The notes under the pieces were generated by a model. The model did not search any database and had not been told where the DNA came from. It saw only the letters and a program-made list of their open reading frames with translations. From an uncultured Pseudomonadales bacterium (GTDB taxonomy: Bacteria > Patescibacteriota > Microgenomatia > UBA1400 > Chazhemtobacteraceae): 64,000 bases of DNA. The position numbers and the translations under genes were made by a program. Where the stretch lies: positions 209,543 to 273,542 of the forward strand of contig CAZUBK010000002.1 in NCBI GenBank assembly GCA_964618725.1, given 5' to 3'. Below are positions 38,614 to 47,844 of the stretch, one piece after another (position 1 is the stretch's first letter; each line of letters opens with the position of its first letter).

Positions 38614-40476
38614 TTAAACTTGGCTTTGTTCGAGCTGTCTTTGTGCTTGCTGTTCTTCTTGGCGGGCGAGAATTTCGGAGGGTTTGGTAGTGACGAGGGC
38701 GTGTTCGTCGGGCGAGGCGACAACACGCAGAGCGACGTGGTTTTGGCCGGCAAAGAAGATGCCTTCACCAACATTGGCAGCGAGAAGGAGGTGGCGTTCA
38801 CCTTGGGAGAGATAGAAGGTTTCACCAACGGAGTCGATACCGGCAGGAGACTGTTTCATGAGGAACTGAAGGGCAGAGTTGGTGACGATAGCTTTGCCGT
38901 ATTGGGAATTTAAAAAGTCTTCGGCATTTTGAGAGATGATAGTAACGCCGAGGTAGTATTTGCGGGCGCGTTTGACGAAGCCCTGGAGGACTTTGGCAGA
39001 GTCTTCGTGGCGCATAAGGTACCAAGCTTCATCGACGACGAGGAGACGTTTTTTGAGTTGTTTACGGATCTTGGTCCAGATGAAGTCGAGAATCAGGAAC
39101 ATGACGATGGGGCGGATTTCGTCAGCGAGTTCGCGGAGGGTGAAGACGGTCATGGCGGAGTCGATCTCGACATTACTTTGTTGGTCGAAAATGCCTTTGA
39201 GGGCGCCCTTGACATATTTTTCGAGGCGGGCGGCGATGCCGGAGGCTTCAGGCTCTTCCATGCCAATGAGGGCTTTGTAGAGGTCTTCCATTCGGGGGGG
39301 TTCGAGGTGGTGAGTAGAGGGATCTTGGGTAATACCTTTTTGTTGGTAAGTGAGGACGAGGGCGCGATTTAGGATGGCGTCTTCATTGGGAGAGAGGGCA
39401 CCAAGCATGATCTTGAGAAGGGATTGGAGAAAGAGATATTTGTAGCTCATTTCATCGGCGGTGGAAGTCTTGGGATCAGGTAACTGAAAGGGGTTGATTT
39501 TGTGCTCTGAGGTGACGGAGAAGGCGATATAGTTGCCGCCGACGGCGCGACACATCATTTCGTATTCGTTTTCCGGGTCGATGATGATGGCTTCGGTGCC
39601 GAACATGACGGAGCGCATGAGTTCTAATTTAACGCTGTAACTTTTACCGCTACCGCTAGTAGCGAGGACGAGCATGTTGGCGTTCTCTAATGAAAAACGG
39701 TCAAAAATGACCAAAGATTCGTTATGCTCATTGATACCATATAGGATACCTTGGTTGTCGGTGAGTTCGGAAGAAGTGAAGGGGAAGGTCGTGGAGAGGG
39801 CGGTAGTATCCATATTTCTAATAATGAGGAGACGATCTTTACAGTAAGGAAGGGTACTTTTGAAGGCGTCTTCTTGAGAGAGAGAGGCGACTTTGCTGAC
39901 GATGATGAGGGAGGCAAGAAGACTTTGAACTTGGTTGGTGATGGTTTCAAGTTCTTTAGTGGTATCGGCGGAGATGGTGATGTAGAGGGAGAACTGAAAG
40001 AAGCGCTCAATCCCTTTAACGAGTTGCTCTTGGAGGACTTTGGCGTCTTCGAGCTGGGCTTGGGTGGCGGCTTGGGGGATGCGGCCGCGTTCGATATCGG
40101 CGCCAATTTCGGCTTCCATTTCGGCGATGCGACGACGGAGCTGTTCGAGTGTGCCTTTGACCTCGACGGGGTAGACGAACATGGAGATATCTATACTGTG
40201 GTCGAAGTTGATGAGAGGGGAGAGCCAATTGGCGGAGACGTAACGGGGGTAACCGGCGACAAAGAGGGTGCGGATATATGTATTACCGATCTTGAGGAAG
40301 CTGAAGTCGACTTCAATACTAGGTGGGGCGAGGATATCCTGGATGTTGACTTCACCGGTAATATTGAGGGTAAGATCGGAAGGGGAAGTGGAGAGAGTTT
40401 GGCCTTTAGGAGGATTGTTCAGGGGGGCTGAGGGAGTGGTGTTTGTTGATGGAGTTTTTTTGAGAAAGGGCAGCAT
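38614..40476 (-). CDS. virB4: VirB4-like ATPase
   Basis: GILYG.N, VIFDRF, NANM...ATSGSGKS, IDPENEY, INPF, VDEAW, RARKY, SQ. Confidence 0.93.
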   Translation of the reverse strand: MLPFLKKTPSTNTTPSAPLNNPPKGQTLSTSPSDLTLNITGEVNIQDILAPPSIEVDFSFLKIGNTYIRTLFVAGYPRYVSANWLSPLINFDHSIDISMFVYPVEVKGTLEQLRRRIAEMEAEIGADIERGRIPQAATQAQLEDAKVLQEQLVKGIERFFQFSLYITISADTTKELETITNQVQSLLASLIIVSKVASLSQEDAFKSTLPYCKDRLLIIRNMDTTALSTTFPFTSSELTDNQGILYGINEHNESLVIFDRFSLENANMLVLATSGSGKSYSVKLELMRSVMFGTEAIIIDPENEYEMMCRAVGGNYIAFSVTSEHKINPFQLPDPKTSTADEMSYKYLFLQSLLKIMLGALSPNEDAILNRALVLTYQQKGITQDPSTHHLEPPRMEDLYKALIGMEEPEASGIAARLEKYVKGALKGIFDQQSNVEIDSAMTVFTLRELADEIRPIVMFLILDFIWTKIRKQLKKRLLVVDEAWYLMRHEDSAKVLQGFVKRARKYYLGVTIISQNAEDFLNSQYGKAIVTNSALQFLMKQSPAGIDSVGETFYLSQGERHLLLAANVGEGIFFAGQNHVALRVVASPDEHALVTTKPSEILARQEEQQAQRQLEQSQV

Positions 40477-41352
40477 TTAGATTTGGTTAACACTAATTGG
40501 TTGTGTCGTTGTCGCCGAGGCCAAAGGTGGGGAAGTAGGAGTAGGCGATATCGTTTTCTGGGTGGAAGTCGTTTCGTCAGGGCTGCCTGGAGCCTTAAAG
40601 ACAATATTGGTAGGTTGAGGAGGGGGAGTGGATTCTCCTGGGAGGATTTTGGAGCTGATTTGAATTGGAGTAACGACTGGAGCGACTTGGACGGCAGTAG
40701 TTTCGAATTCTTTGGGATTGACCAGGAAGGGTGGAGTAACAACATCTGGGTTGTAGATACGATAGAAGAGAGTGAGGAGCTCTTGGGTAGTTAGTTGGCG
40801 GGTTTGGAGACCCAGACGGGCAAACTGACGAATGAGGTGGTCACGGCGGGGGTAGAGGGAGATCTTGGCTTTCTCGAGGATGTAGTTGTCTTCGAAAGTA
40901 GGCTTTTGGGGAGCAGGGGCGAGGGGGTTAAAGGATTTGACAGAGAGACCAAGTTCGATAGCAGTAAAGGGGACAATGACGTAGAACTTTTTTTCCATGA
41001 CTTTGTTTTCTTTGACGAGGCTTTTGATGTAGGTGCGATATTTGATGATCTGCTCTTTGATTTTTTGAGAGCGGATGGTTTCGAGTTGGGTGTCGAGGCG
41101 TTCGACGTAGTCACTTATATCTTTTCTGGTGGAGCGAAGAAGAACCTGGACGGTGAAGGAGAGTGAGTTGAGCAGGGCGGCGTAGCCGTAGATGGTGGCG
41201 TCTTGTTCTTCCTCGGAGAGGAGGCCGAAGTTGATAGCGGAGGTCTGGAGGACGATGGCGACGGAGCCGTCTTTGAGAATGACAAGATGATCTTTAATGG
41301 TATGGATGTCGAGATGGCTTTGGGTGGTTGCCTTGATGGCTTTATCGGACAT
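40477..41352 (-). CDS. Conserved CPR T4SS-cluster protein (VirB4 N-terminal-like partner)
   Basis: TQSHLDI..IKD, AINFGLLSEEEQDA, LLNSLSF.VQ, KKFYVIVPF; directly upstream of virB4. Confidence 0.75.
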   Translation of the reverse strand: MSDKAIKATTQSHLDIHTIKDHLVILKDGSVAIVLQTSAINFGLLSEEEQDATIYGYAALLNSLSFTVQVLLRSTRKDISDYVERLDTQLETIRSQKIKEQIIKYRTYIKSLVKENKVMEKKFYVIVPFTAIELGLSVKSFNPLAPAPQKPTFEDNYILEKAKISLYPRRDHLIRQFARLGLQTRQLTTQELLTLFYRIYNPDVVTPPFLVNPKEFETTAVQVAPVVTPIQISSKILPGESTPPPQPTNIVFKAPGSPDETTSTQKTISPTPTSPPLASATTTQPISVNQI

Positions 41353-41375
41353 GCTCTCAGTATACCTAAACAGGA

Positions 41376-41528
41376 TCAGGCTTGATGACCAAACTTGATT
41401 TTGTTTCTAGCAACTTTTTCTTTAATCGCTGTTAGTAGGTATTCCGTTTGAGTAATGTTAAGTTTTTCTATGATTCCGGGAATTTCTTTAGCTGTTTTAT
41501 TTGGTATGGAGAAATATATTTTAGGCAT
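41376..41528 (-). CDS. Putative ribbon-helix-helix DNA-binding protein, 50 aa (missing from ORF track)
   Basis: Hand translation MPKIYFSIPNKTAKEIPGIIEKLNITQTEYLLTAIKEKVARNKIKFGHQA*. Confidence 0.6.
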   Translation of the reverse strand: MPKIYFSIPNKTAKEIPGIIEKLNITQTEYLLTAIKEKVARNKIKFGHQA

Positions 41529-41534
41529 TTTTTG

Positions 41535-42494
41535 TTATGTAGTGGCTTTGATTTGGAGTGGGGGGAGGACTTGGCCTTCAAGTTTGAGATCAAAAGTGGG
41601 GAAAGTGTGACCTTCTTTGTCGGCGGCGATTTGGTAACTACCGTCGTCAAGGGGTTTGGCAAAAAGGAATTGACCGAGTTTGTTGCTCTTGGTGGCGCGT
41701 AGTGTCAGGCCATTTTGGAGGATCTCGACGATGGTGGAATCGAGAATCTTGTTGTCAATGGTTAAGGTCATCCCGATTATGGTATTGGGTGTGGTGGGTG
41801 GGTGAGGAATAGGGAGGTTGCTACTAAAGGTAGCGGAAGTTGAGAGTGGAAGAGGAGAAGTCGAGTGTTCTGTAGGAAGGGAGAAGACCGGTATGGGGGC
41901 AGGACGAGGAGAGGGAGGAAGTCGGGGGGGTTCCTGCTCGATATAGAGTGGGGTGGAGACGGGAGTGGCAACTTCTTTAGGGGCTGTGTGGAAAGAGGGA
42001 GATGGTGGGACGGTTTCTGGAATGATGGGAGTAGAGAGGGAGGAGAGAGGCGAAGGAACTAGAGGAGGAGAAACTAGGGTGACAGTAGAAGGCGGGGTGA
42101 CTGGTTTTGGTTCTGGAGCGACGACGGTAATCTGAGATGGGAGAGGGGTGACTAGAGAAGGGGGAGGTAGTGGTGGAGAAGAGAGTTTTGCGAATGGGGA
42201 AGTAGTTTTCTGCCAAGTGTAGACGGTGGGGGAATAGATGGAACGAAAAAAGGCAACGATCCATTGATCAAGAGGGCGGCCTTCGATGGGGAGAAAGGCA
42301 ATTGAGGCGCCGATGGTGACAGAGATGGCAATGGCAGGCCACTTGAGGAAGAAGGGGAGGCCGGAGGCGTAGAAGAGGAGACCAACGATGATACCACCGG
42401 CGAGTTGGAGGAATTGTTTGAGGGTCATGTCACCGACGAGACGGAATTGGTACTGGGTGACGTTTTGGGGGATGGGGTGTTGTTGAACGGGCAT
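41535..42494 (-). CDS. PrgI family protein with Pro-rich linker and C-terminal beta-sandwich
   Basis: QHPIPQNV..YQFRLVGDMTLKQF, two TMs, GRPLDQW; RATKSNKLGQF. Confidence 0.88.
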   Translation of the reverse strand: MPVQQHPIPQNVTQYQFRLVGDMTLKQFLQLAGGIIVGLLFYASGLPFFLKWPAIAISVTIGASIAFLPIEGRPLDQWIVAFFRSIYSPTVYTWQKTTSPFAKLSSPPLPPPSLVTPLPSQITVVAPEPKPVTPPSTVTLVSPPLVPSPLSSLSTPIIPETVPPSPSFHTAPKEVATPVSTPLYIEQEPPRLPPSPRPAPIPVFSLPTEHSTSPLPLSTSATFSSNLPIPHPPTTPNTIIGMTLTIDNKILDSTIVEILQNGLTLRATKSNKLGQFLFAKPLDDGSYQIAADKEGHTFPTFDLKLEGQVLPPLQIKATT

Positions 42495-42556
42495 GTTTAG
42501 AAGAATAGGGACAATTAAAAAGCTAACTTAAAGTATACCAAGGATGAGAGTCTGAC

Positions 42557-43009
42557 TTAGTCGGTGAAGGATTTAAGAGAAGTATTTTTGAAGACGAGTT
42601 CAAAATCGGAGTCAAAGGTGACGAAATGTTTGATCTTGTGATGGCGGATGGTGAGGAGGTGATAGGCGTCACGGGGTGAGAGCTTGAATTTGTCCATAAG
42701 GAGGGGTATTTGGAGTTGGGATTTGATAGAGAAAGGGGGATTAACTATTTCGAGATATGGCAAAGAAAGGATCTTTTTTAGGTAGTTGTAAATACTTTTG
42801 TTTTGGATGTTTGTTTTTGTTTTGTGATAGTGGATTTTTCGAAGGGAATGCAAGAATTCATCAAGGCATAATGGTGATATACATAAAATCAAGTTTTGTG
42901 AAGCAAGTTTTGTAATGAGGGAAATGCTTTTTTGGTGGTTGAGAGAGTCTTCCTGAAGAAAGCTAACGAGAACGTTTGTATCAAGATAGCAGCTATTGAT
43001 AGATTTCAT
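42557..43009 (-). CDS. PIN-domain (VapC-like) toxin
   Basis: YLDTNVL, LDEF, RDAYHL, TFDSDF; start ATG 43009 overlaps the antitoxin. Confidence 0.9.
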   Translation of the reverse strand: MKSINSCYLDTNVLVSFLQEDSLNHQKSISLITKLASQNLILCISPLCLDEFLHSLRKIHYHKTKTNIQNKSIYNYLKKILSLPYLEIVNPPFSIKSQLQIPLLMDKFKLSPRDAYHLLTIRHHKIKHFVTFDSDFELVFKNTSLKSFTD

Positions 43010-43256
43010 ATGATTTATCAATAATCTGGTTAATTTCTTCTGGAGTGAAGTCTCTTCCACCTTTGAAGCCACCGGCGAGGCGTTTGACTAGTTCTTCAGG
43101 AGTTTCTTTGGATATCTTAGGTTCCTGAACGTGAAGAATTATTTGAGACCGTTTTGGTTCGAAGGTAAGTTTACTACCTAGGGGAATATTGAGATCCTTG
43201 GGGAGAATGGTGGCAGTACTTTTGTTTAGTTGGAAGACGGTTGAGGCAAAAGACAT
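42993..43256 (-). CDS. AbrB-like antitoxin
   Basis: ATILPKDLNIPLGSKLTF; upstream of and overlapping the PIN gene. Confidence 0.7.
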   Translation of the reverse strand: MSFASTVFQLNKSTATILPKDLNIPLGSKLTFEPKRSQIILHVQEPKISKETPEELVKRLAGGFKGGRDFTPEEINQIIDKSYEIYQ

Positions 43257-43270
43257 ATCTGTTTTTTGAT

Positions 43271-43313
43271 TGGTATATACATTATGTTATCACTGGTATA
43301 TACAAGATGTCAA
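43271..43313 (-). promoter_or_regulatory. TA promoter/operator
   Basis: TTGACA 43308-43313; direct repeat tggtatataca at 43271-43281 and 43294-43304. Confidence 0.6.
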
Positions 43314-43479
43314 GTTGGTGGGGAAATTGATTTTGTCTAGCCTGGAGGGGTATGGGGTGTTAAAATGGAGGGATTAAATATACCAACCTAAGGAGAAATG
43401 ATGCTTGAGATGGCTGGTATATGTTTAACTTTGATTTTTGATATAAATTTGAATTAGTTAAATATAGTAAGCTTGCCCT

Positions 43480-46065
43480 ATGGATGAATCAATGAAAGAA
43501 AGAGCTGAGAGAATGGCTGAAAAACCGGAGGACAAAAAGTTTGAGCCCGATTTTGATAGGGCAGGAAAGATTTTGAAAGAAGATGTTGAGAAAGTTCATA
43601 GATTTGTAAGGAAAGCTGGCGATCATATAGTGTATGACGCTGATGGCAATGTGGTTCTTGATGAAAGGAAAGTTAAGGACTTGAGTAAATTGCAGGAACA
43701 AATTGATAAGTTGGTCAAAGTTATGGGAAAGGATCCTGTAACTGATGATGATCAGTTCGAGATTGACTCTAATGCACGAATTGACCAGATAGAGATGAAC
43801 GTTTTGAGACACCTACTTCCTAGAACAAGGTTGATAAAAGTTGCTAATTTGCAGAATAATCCTACTGGTGCAGAAGGAGAACAGGAAGAACTGAGGAGAT
43901 TGAGGGGAGAAGCTCATGTTTTGTTTTTGGAATTTGTGAGAGAGCAGGTGGAAAGAGATAAATATTATCAAGATTTGGTTGCTGGGGATTGGGTTAAGGG
44001 GATTAATGTACCAGAATATAATCAGACAGGAGAGGCTGTTGTGGAACCTGCAACCGCATCGATGTACGCCGCCGCCAGAGGTACCAGAGATTATGTTGGT
44101 CGTCAGGAACCGCCTGCTGGAGGGGGGGGTGGGGAACCACCGAGAGGAGGAGAGGAACCACCAGAGCCGCCACGAGGGAGGGGGGGGCCGCCGCGGGATG
44201 GAGGAACACCAACACCTGAAGAAGGCGAACGGAAGAAAGATCTTGTTTGGGGAGAGAGGGAATGTCCGAATTGTGGAAATGTTGTGACTGCTTTTTCTTC
44301 GAGGTGTTTCTTTTGTAATCGAGATGTAGAAGATGATATAGAAGAAATGAAGAAGGTTAAAAGCCCAAAAGATGCATTTACCTTTAAACAAATTTTTGGC
44401 AGAACAAGGATGGGCAGATATTCGAATGATATTGTAGAAATTGATGGAGAACTCTGTTCTATGTCTTCTTTGGCGATGGAGGTGGAGAATCTTTTGAATT
44501 ATGGATCTAACCCAACTTTTGTGGAAGACAGGATGAGAGATATTTACAAAAAGGCAGATCGTCTGAGAATATTAAATCCTTTGGACAAAAAGGACTATCT
44601 ACTAACTATTAGTAAGATTTGGGAAGCTTCGAAATTAATGAAGTTGGATGAGCAAGGAAAAGCTTCTAGGAGTGAGGCCAGACCTGAAACAGAAGAGGGA
44701 GAGAAAAAAGACAAGAAGTCAGAAGTGACAGAGCTGTCTTCAAATAAAGAGGAGTTGTTCTTGAGAGTGAGAGAAATAGTAAGGGAAGAGTTAAAGAAGA
44801 GGCCCGGTAATGTTGTGGATGTGGCTACCCTACTCAGTCCGTTCGGATTGGCGCTTGGATTACAGCAATATCGGATACCAGAAGGGATGACCGGCTATGT
44901 GGAAGTGAAAGATGCGATAGAAAGGGAAATTGAACTTAGAGTAAGACTTCATAATGCGATGTTGGCAAAAAGTGGTGCTGGTTTGTCGGGAAGGGCTGAT
45001 TCATGGAAAGCAATGAGAGATACGGAGAGATGGAAGAAGACTACCCTGAGAGCTGATGAAACAGGAGATGACTATTTGACAATAGCGACTTTGGAGTCAG
45101 CGGGAGGATTTTCGGTTGGGCTTATGGATAGATCAATACAGTGGTTATATTCGCAGATGGGTGAAGGTAGTCCTTACATAAAATTAGGTGAAAAGGGGGA
45201 GAGGGAAGTACAGATGAAGGAAATAAAAAGAGCAATGCTTTCTGCTTTGGGAGGCGATGAAGTGAAAAATGATGCTTTGGAGTTGGCTTGGCAATTCTGG
45301 GAGATTCATGAAGGATTTTCTCGAGCGGATACTAATAACCCACTTAATCCGCTGGTTCAATTTAAAGAGAGATCTAGATATATGATATTACCCCGTTTCT
45401 TGAAAGATAAAGGGCGCATGGGTTTTGTGACTAATCCTAAGGGTGATGATATTCAAGCGCTTGGGAAAGATGGCTTTGCAATGATTTCTACTGGAGGTGT
45501 GCCGACTCACACCTTGTTGGAAAGTGGTCAATTGTTTGCATCGATTGCTAACTATGGAGTGAATGGTTCGTCTTATGAAAAGATGGTTTCTGGTGTGATT
45601 GCTGGCAGAGAGGTCTATGATTTGTTCAACAAGATGCCGGCGGTAGCTGCTGGTGAACTAATGAAAGAAAGTTTTTGGATTGATGTTAATCCTAAATTTG
45701 GGGCGTTGTTAAAGGCAGGAATAATGAGTAAAGAAGAGCTTGAGACAACAAAGCGGTTGTATTTTAAGTCTTTGTTATGGATGCGTTCCCCAAGAAATGA
45801 AGTGGCAAAACAAGGAAGGGATTACCATTCCCCAGAAGAGATTAGGAGAGCATATCATGCGGCTATTCGGTTGGGTTATCTGAGTCAGGAAAGTGATATC
45901 AGAGAACTTAGGGACTTTGCGAAATCAATCTGGGAGATGATAATCCCGGTGTACGGCGTATCTGAGAGTGAAGCTCAACGGACTATTGCTAGTAGAGAAG
46001 GAGGGCTATCTTGGAGATTGTTTGGGAAAAGAGGTTTTGATTACGAGGGGCCAAGTGCCCAGTAG
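43480..46065 (+). CDS. Large hypothetical protein with Gly/Pro linker and zinc ribbon
   Basis: 861 aa; CPNCG...CFFC; no TM or signal peptide seen. Confidence 0.8.
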   Translation: MDESMKERAERMAEKPEDKKFEPDFDRAGKILKEDVEKVHRFVRKAGDHIVYDADGNVVLDERKVKDLSKLQEQIDKLVKVMGKDPVTDDDQFEIDSNARIDQIEMNVLRHLLPRTRLIKVANLQNNPTGAEGEQEELRRLRGEAHVLFLEFVREQVERDKYYQDLVAGDWVKGINVPEYNQTGEAVVEPATASMYAAARGTRDYVGRQEPPAGGGGGEPPRGGEEPPEPPRGRGGPPRDGGTPTPEEGERKKDLVWGERECPNCGNVVTAFSSRCFFCNRDVEDDIEEMKKVKSPKDAFTFKQIFGRTRMGRYSNDIVEIDGELCSMSSLAMEVENLLNYGSNPTFVEDRMRDIYKKADRLRILNPLDKKDYLLTISKIWEASKLMKLDEQGKASRSEARPETEEGEKKDKKSEVTELSSNKEELFLRVREIVREELKKRPGNVVDVATLLSPFGLALGLQQYRIPEGMTGYVEVKDAIEREIELRVRLHNAMLAKSGAGLSGRADSWKAMRDTERWKKTTLRADETGDDYLTIATLESAGGFSVGLMDRSIQWLYSQMGEGSPYIKLGEKGEREVQMKEIKRAMLSALGGDEVKNDALELAWQFWEIHEGFSRADTNNPLNPLVQFKERSRYMILPRFLKDKGRMGFVTNPKGDDIQALGKDGFAMISTGGVPTHTLLESGQLFASIANYGVNGSSYEKMVSGVIAGREVYDLFNKMPAVAAGELMKESFWIDVNPKFGALLKAGIMSKEELETTKRLYFKSLLWMRSPRNEVAKQGRDYHSPEEIRRAYHAAIRLGYLSQESDIRELRDFAKSIWEMIIPVYGVSESEAQRTIASREGGLSWRLFGKRGFDYEGPSAQ

Positions 46066-46103
46066 GGGAATCTGGTCTGTGTAATTATCTACTTTGTTTT
46101 GTA

Positions 46104-47807
46104 TTATTTTTTCCCTAAAAGACCAGCAGCAGCATCAACCGCTTTTTGTCCCGCGGCGCCATACTTTTGTGCTCCAGAGACAAAGCCGCCTAAGGGACCA
46201 CCAGCACTATCGCGAACAGCTCTTCGGCCGAGAGGTTCAGCAATATGCGTGGATGCCCATCTTTCACCACGGTAGCCTTGATTAAGGGCTTCTCCAATCG
46301 CACTACCATATTTGAAGGCAGGGACCTTTAGGGCGTCTCTGATCATATCTGCGACCTTGGGGGTAAGGAAAATAAGAGCGTAAGCCAGAAGGGAACCGAC
46401 GCCGACGGCAGAGTTGCTACCAAGTGGCCAACCTTCGGTTGAACCAGCGAAATAGGGGGGAACCCACATGTCTTCGTTGTTAATCGGAGAAGAAATGCCC
46501 ATGAAGGAGATGGCAAGCATAAACATTATGGTGATACTGGGAAAAACAGAAATATGGGCAGCAAGGTTTCTGATCCAACCAGAAAAAGATTGACTGCCAG
46601 GAAGGACATTGCCAAGAAGAATTATTGGGGAAAAGATAATACTGATGACAACAGCAGCGTAGGCTTGGATGGCCATGAAGGCAATTTTCAAAAGAACAAA
46701 GAAAAAGGCAATAATAAGAATGAGCTTAATGATGGCACCAATCGGAGTGACGGTAAACATAGCGCCATAGAGGATTGTGGGGAGACCTGTGAGAAGTGAC
46801 GCAATTGAGGAGACTCCGGCGGTAAAAAGAATCTCATAAAGGATTTGAAAACCAAGAAAGGCTCCGCCGAAAGGGGTTTGTCCGGTGATGACCTTAACTG
46901 CATAATCAGTTCCTGACTGGGTACTTAGATCTAGGGGGATATTGAGTCGGGAGAGAACTGGTTGAATTGAATCAGCGAAGGGAATCTGCATGCTAATGTC
47001 AATAATTTGGGCGCCTTGAAGAATACTGACGATGAAAGCGGGGAGGAGGAGAGAGAGGTCGATAATGAACCCAGCGATAGCATAAGAGAAAGTGATGGCG
47101 AGGAGAGTGACAACAAGTTTGGGAATGGCTAACTCAAAGTTAATAACAGTTTGGGCGTTGATTTTGGTACGAAACATTAACATAAAACCGTACAAGACGA
47201 AAATGAGAATGAACATTGTGTAGGCGATGTTACGCATGCCACTCCACGCAGGCAGAATAGGGAGAAGCTTATTAAAACCAAGACCGGCACCCGTGGCTTG
47301 AGCATAGGCGGGTTTAACTAAACGATGTTTCTCTAGGTTGTTGTTGATATGGGCAAGATAGCTGACTCCTGAGGCGGGGGGAGAAGTGATGACGGAAGTG
47401 AGCATTCGTGTTAAAGAAGGGATGGCTGAGGCATCGGCAACTCCGAGCGAAAAGGTGTCAGCAGGATTTTCGGGGATAAATTTGGTCATGAAGTCTAAAA
47501 GAACAATATCTGAAAAACCACGGAAGGCTCCTCGTTGGGTCAGACCATCTGATTGAGAGAAAGTATCAAGGGTGAAGGTATCGAAAATTGCTTGTAAGAC
47601 TGTCTTGTCTGGACATTTTCCTGAATACCAGGTTTCAAGATTCATAACATCCCCAGAACGGGAGTTGCAATAATCTTGGATATCACTAAAGGTATTAACA
47701 ACATCGGCAGCAGCTCCGGCTGGGCCTATGGCTGCAAAAGTGGGCTTGGAGGAAGAGATGAAAAGAAAAGTAGTAAAGACGAGAGTATAGAAAAGACGGC
47801 GGAGCAT
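46104..47807 (-). CDS. VirB6/TrbL-like polytopic membrane protein
   Basis: W..MRNIAY, IPKLVV..L.ITFSYAIAGFIIDL, IIFSPI, SFSGWIRNL. Confidence 0.8.
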   Translation of the reverse strand: MLRRLFYTLVFTTFLFISSSKPTFAAIGPAGAAADVVNTFSDIQDYCNSRSGDVMNLETWYSGKCPDKTVLQAIFDTFTLDTFSQSDGLTQRGAFRGFSDIVLLDFMTKFIPENPADTFSLGVADASAIPSLTRMLTSVITSPPASGVSYLAHINNNLEKHRLVKPAYAQATGAGLGFNKLLPILPAWSGMRNIAYTMFILIFVLYGFMLMFRTKINAQTVINFELAIPKLVVTLLAITFSYAIAGFIIDLSLLLPAFIVSILQGAQIIDISMQIPFADSIQPVLSRLNIPLDLSTQSGTDYAVKVITGQTPFGGAFLGFQILYEILFTAGVSSIASLLTGLPTILYGAMFTVTPIGAIIKLILIIAFFFVLLKIAFMAIQAYAAVVISIIFSPIILLGNVLPGSQSFSGWIRNLAAHISVFPSITIMFMLAISFMGISSPINNEDMWVPPYFAGSTEGWPLGSNSAVGVGSLLAYALIFLTPKVADMIRDALKVPAFKYGSAIGEALNQGYRGERWASTHIAEPLGRRAVRDSAGGPLGGFVSGAQKYGAAGQKAVDAAAGLLGKK

Positions 47808-47844
47808 GGTTTGATTATATCAAGATATTGGGGACATGAAGAGT

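Noticed and set aside
42993-43072. Extended PIN start at 43072
   Set aside because: ATG 43009 directly precedes the YLDTN motif and gives the usual short TA overlap
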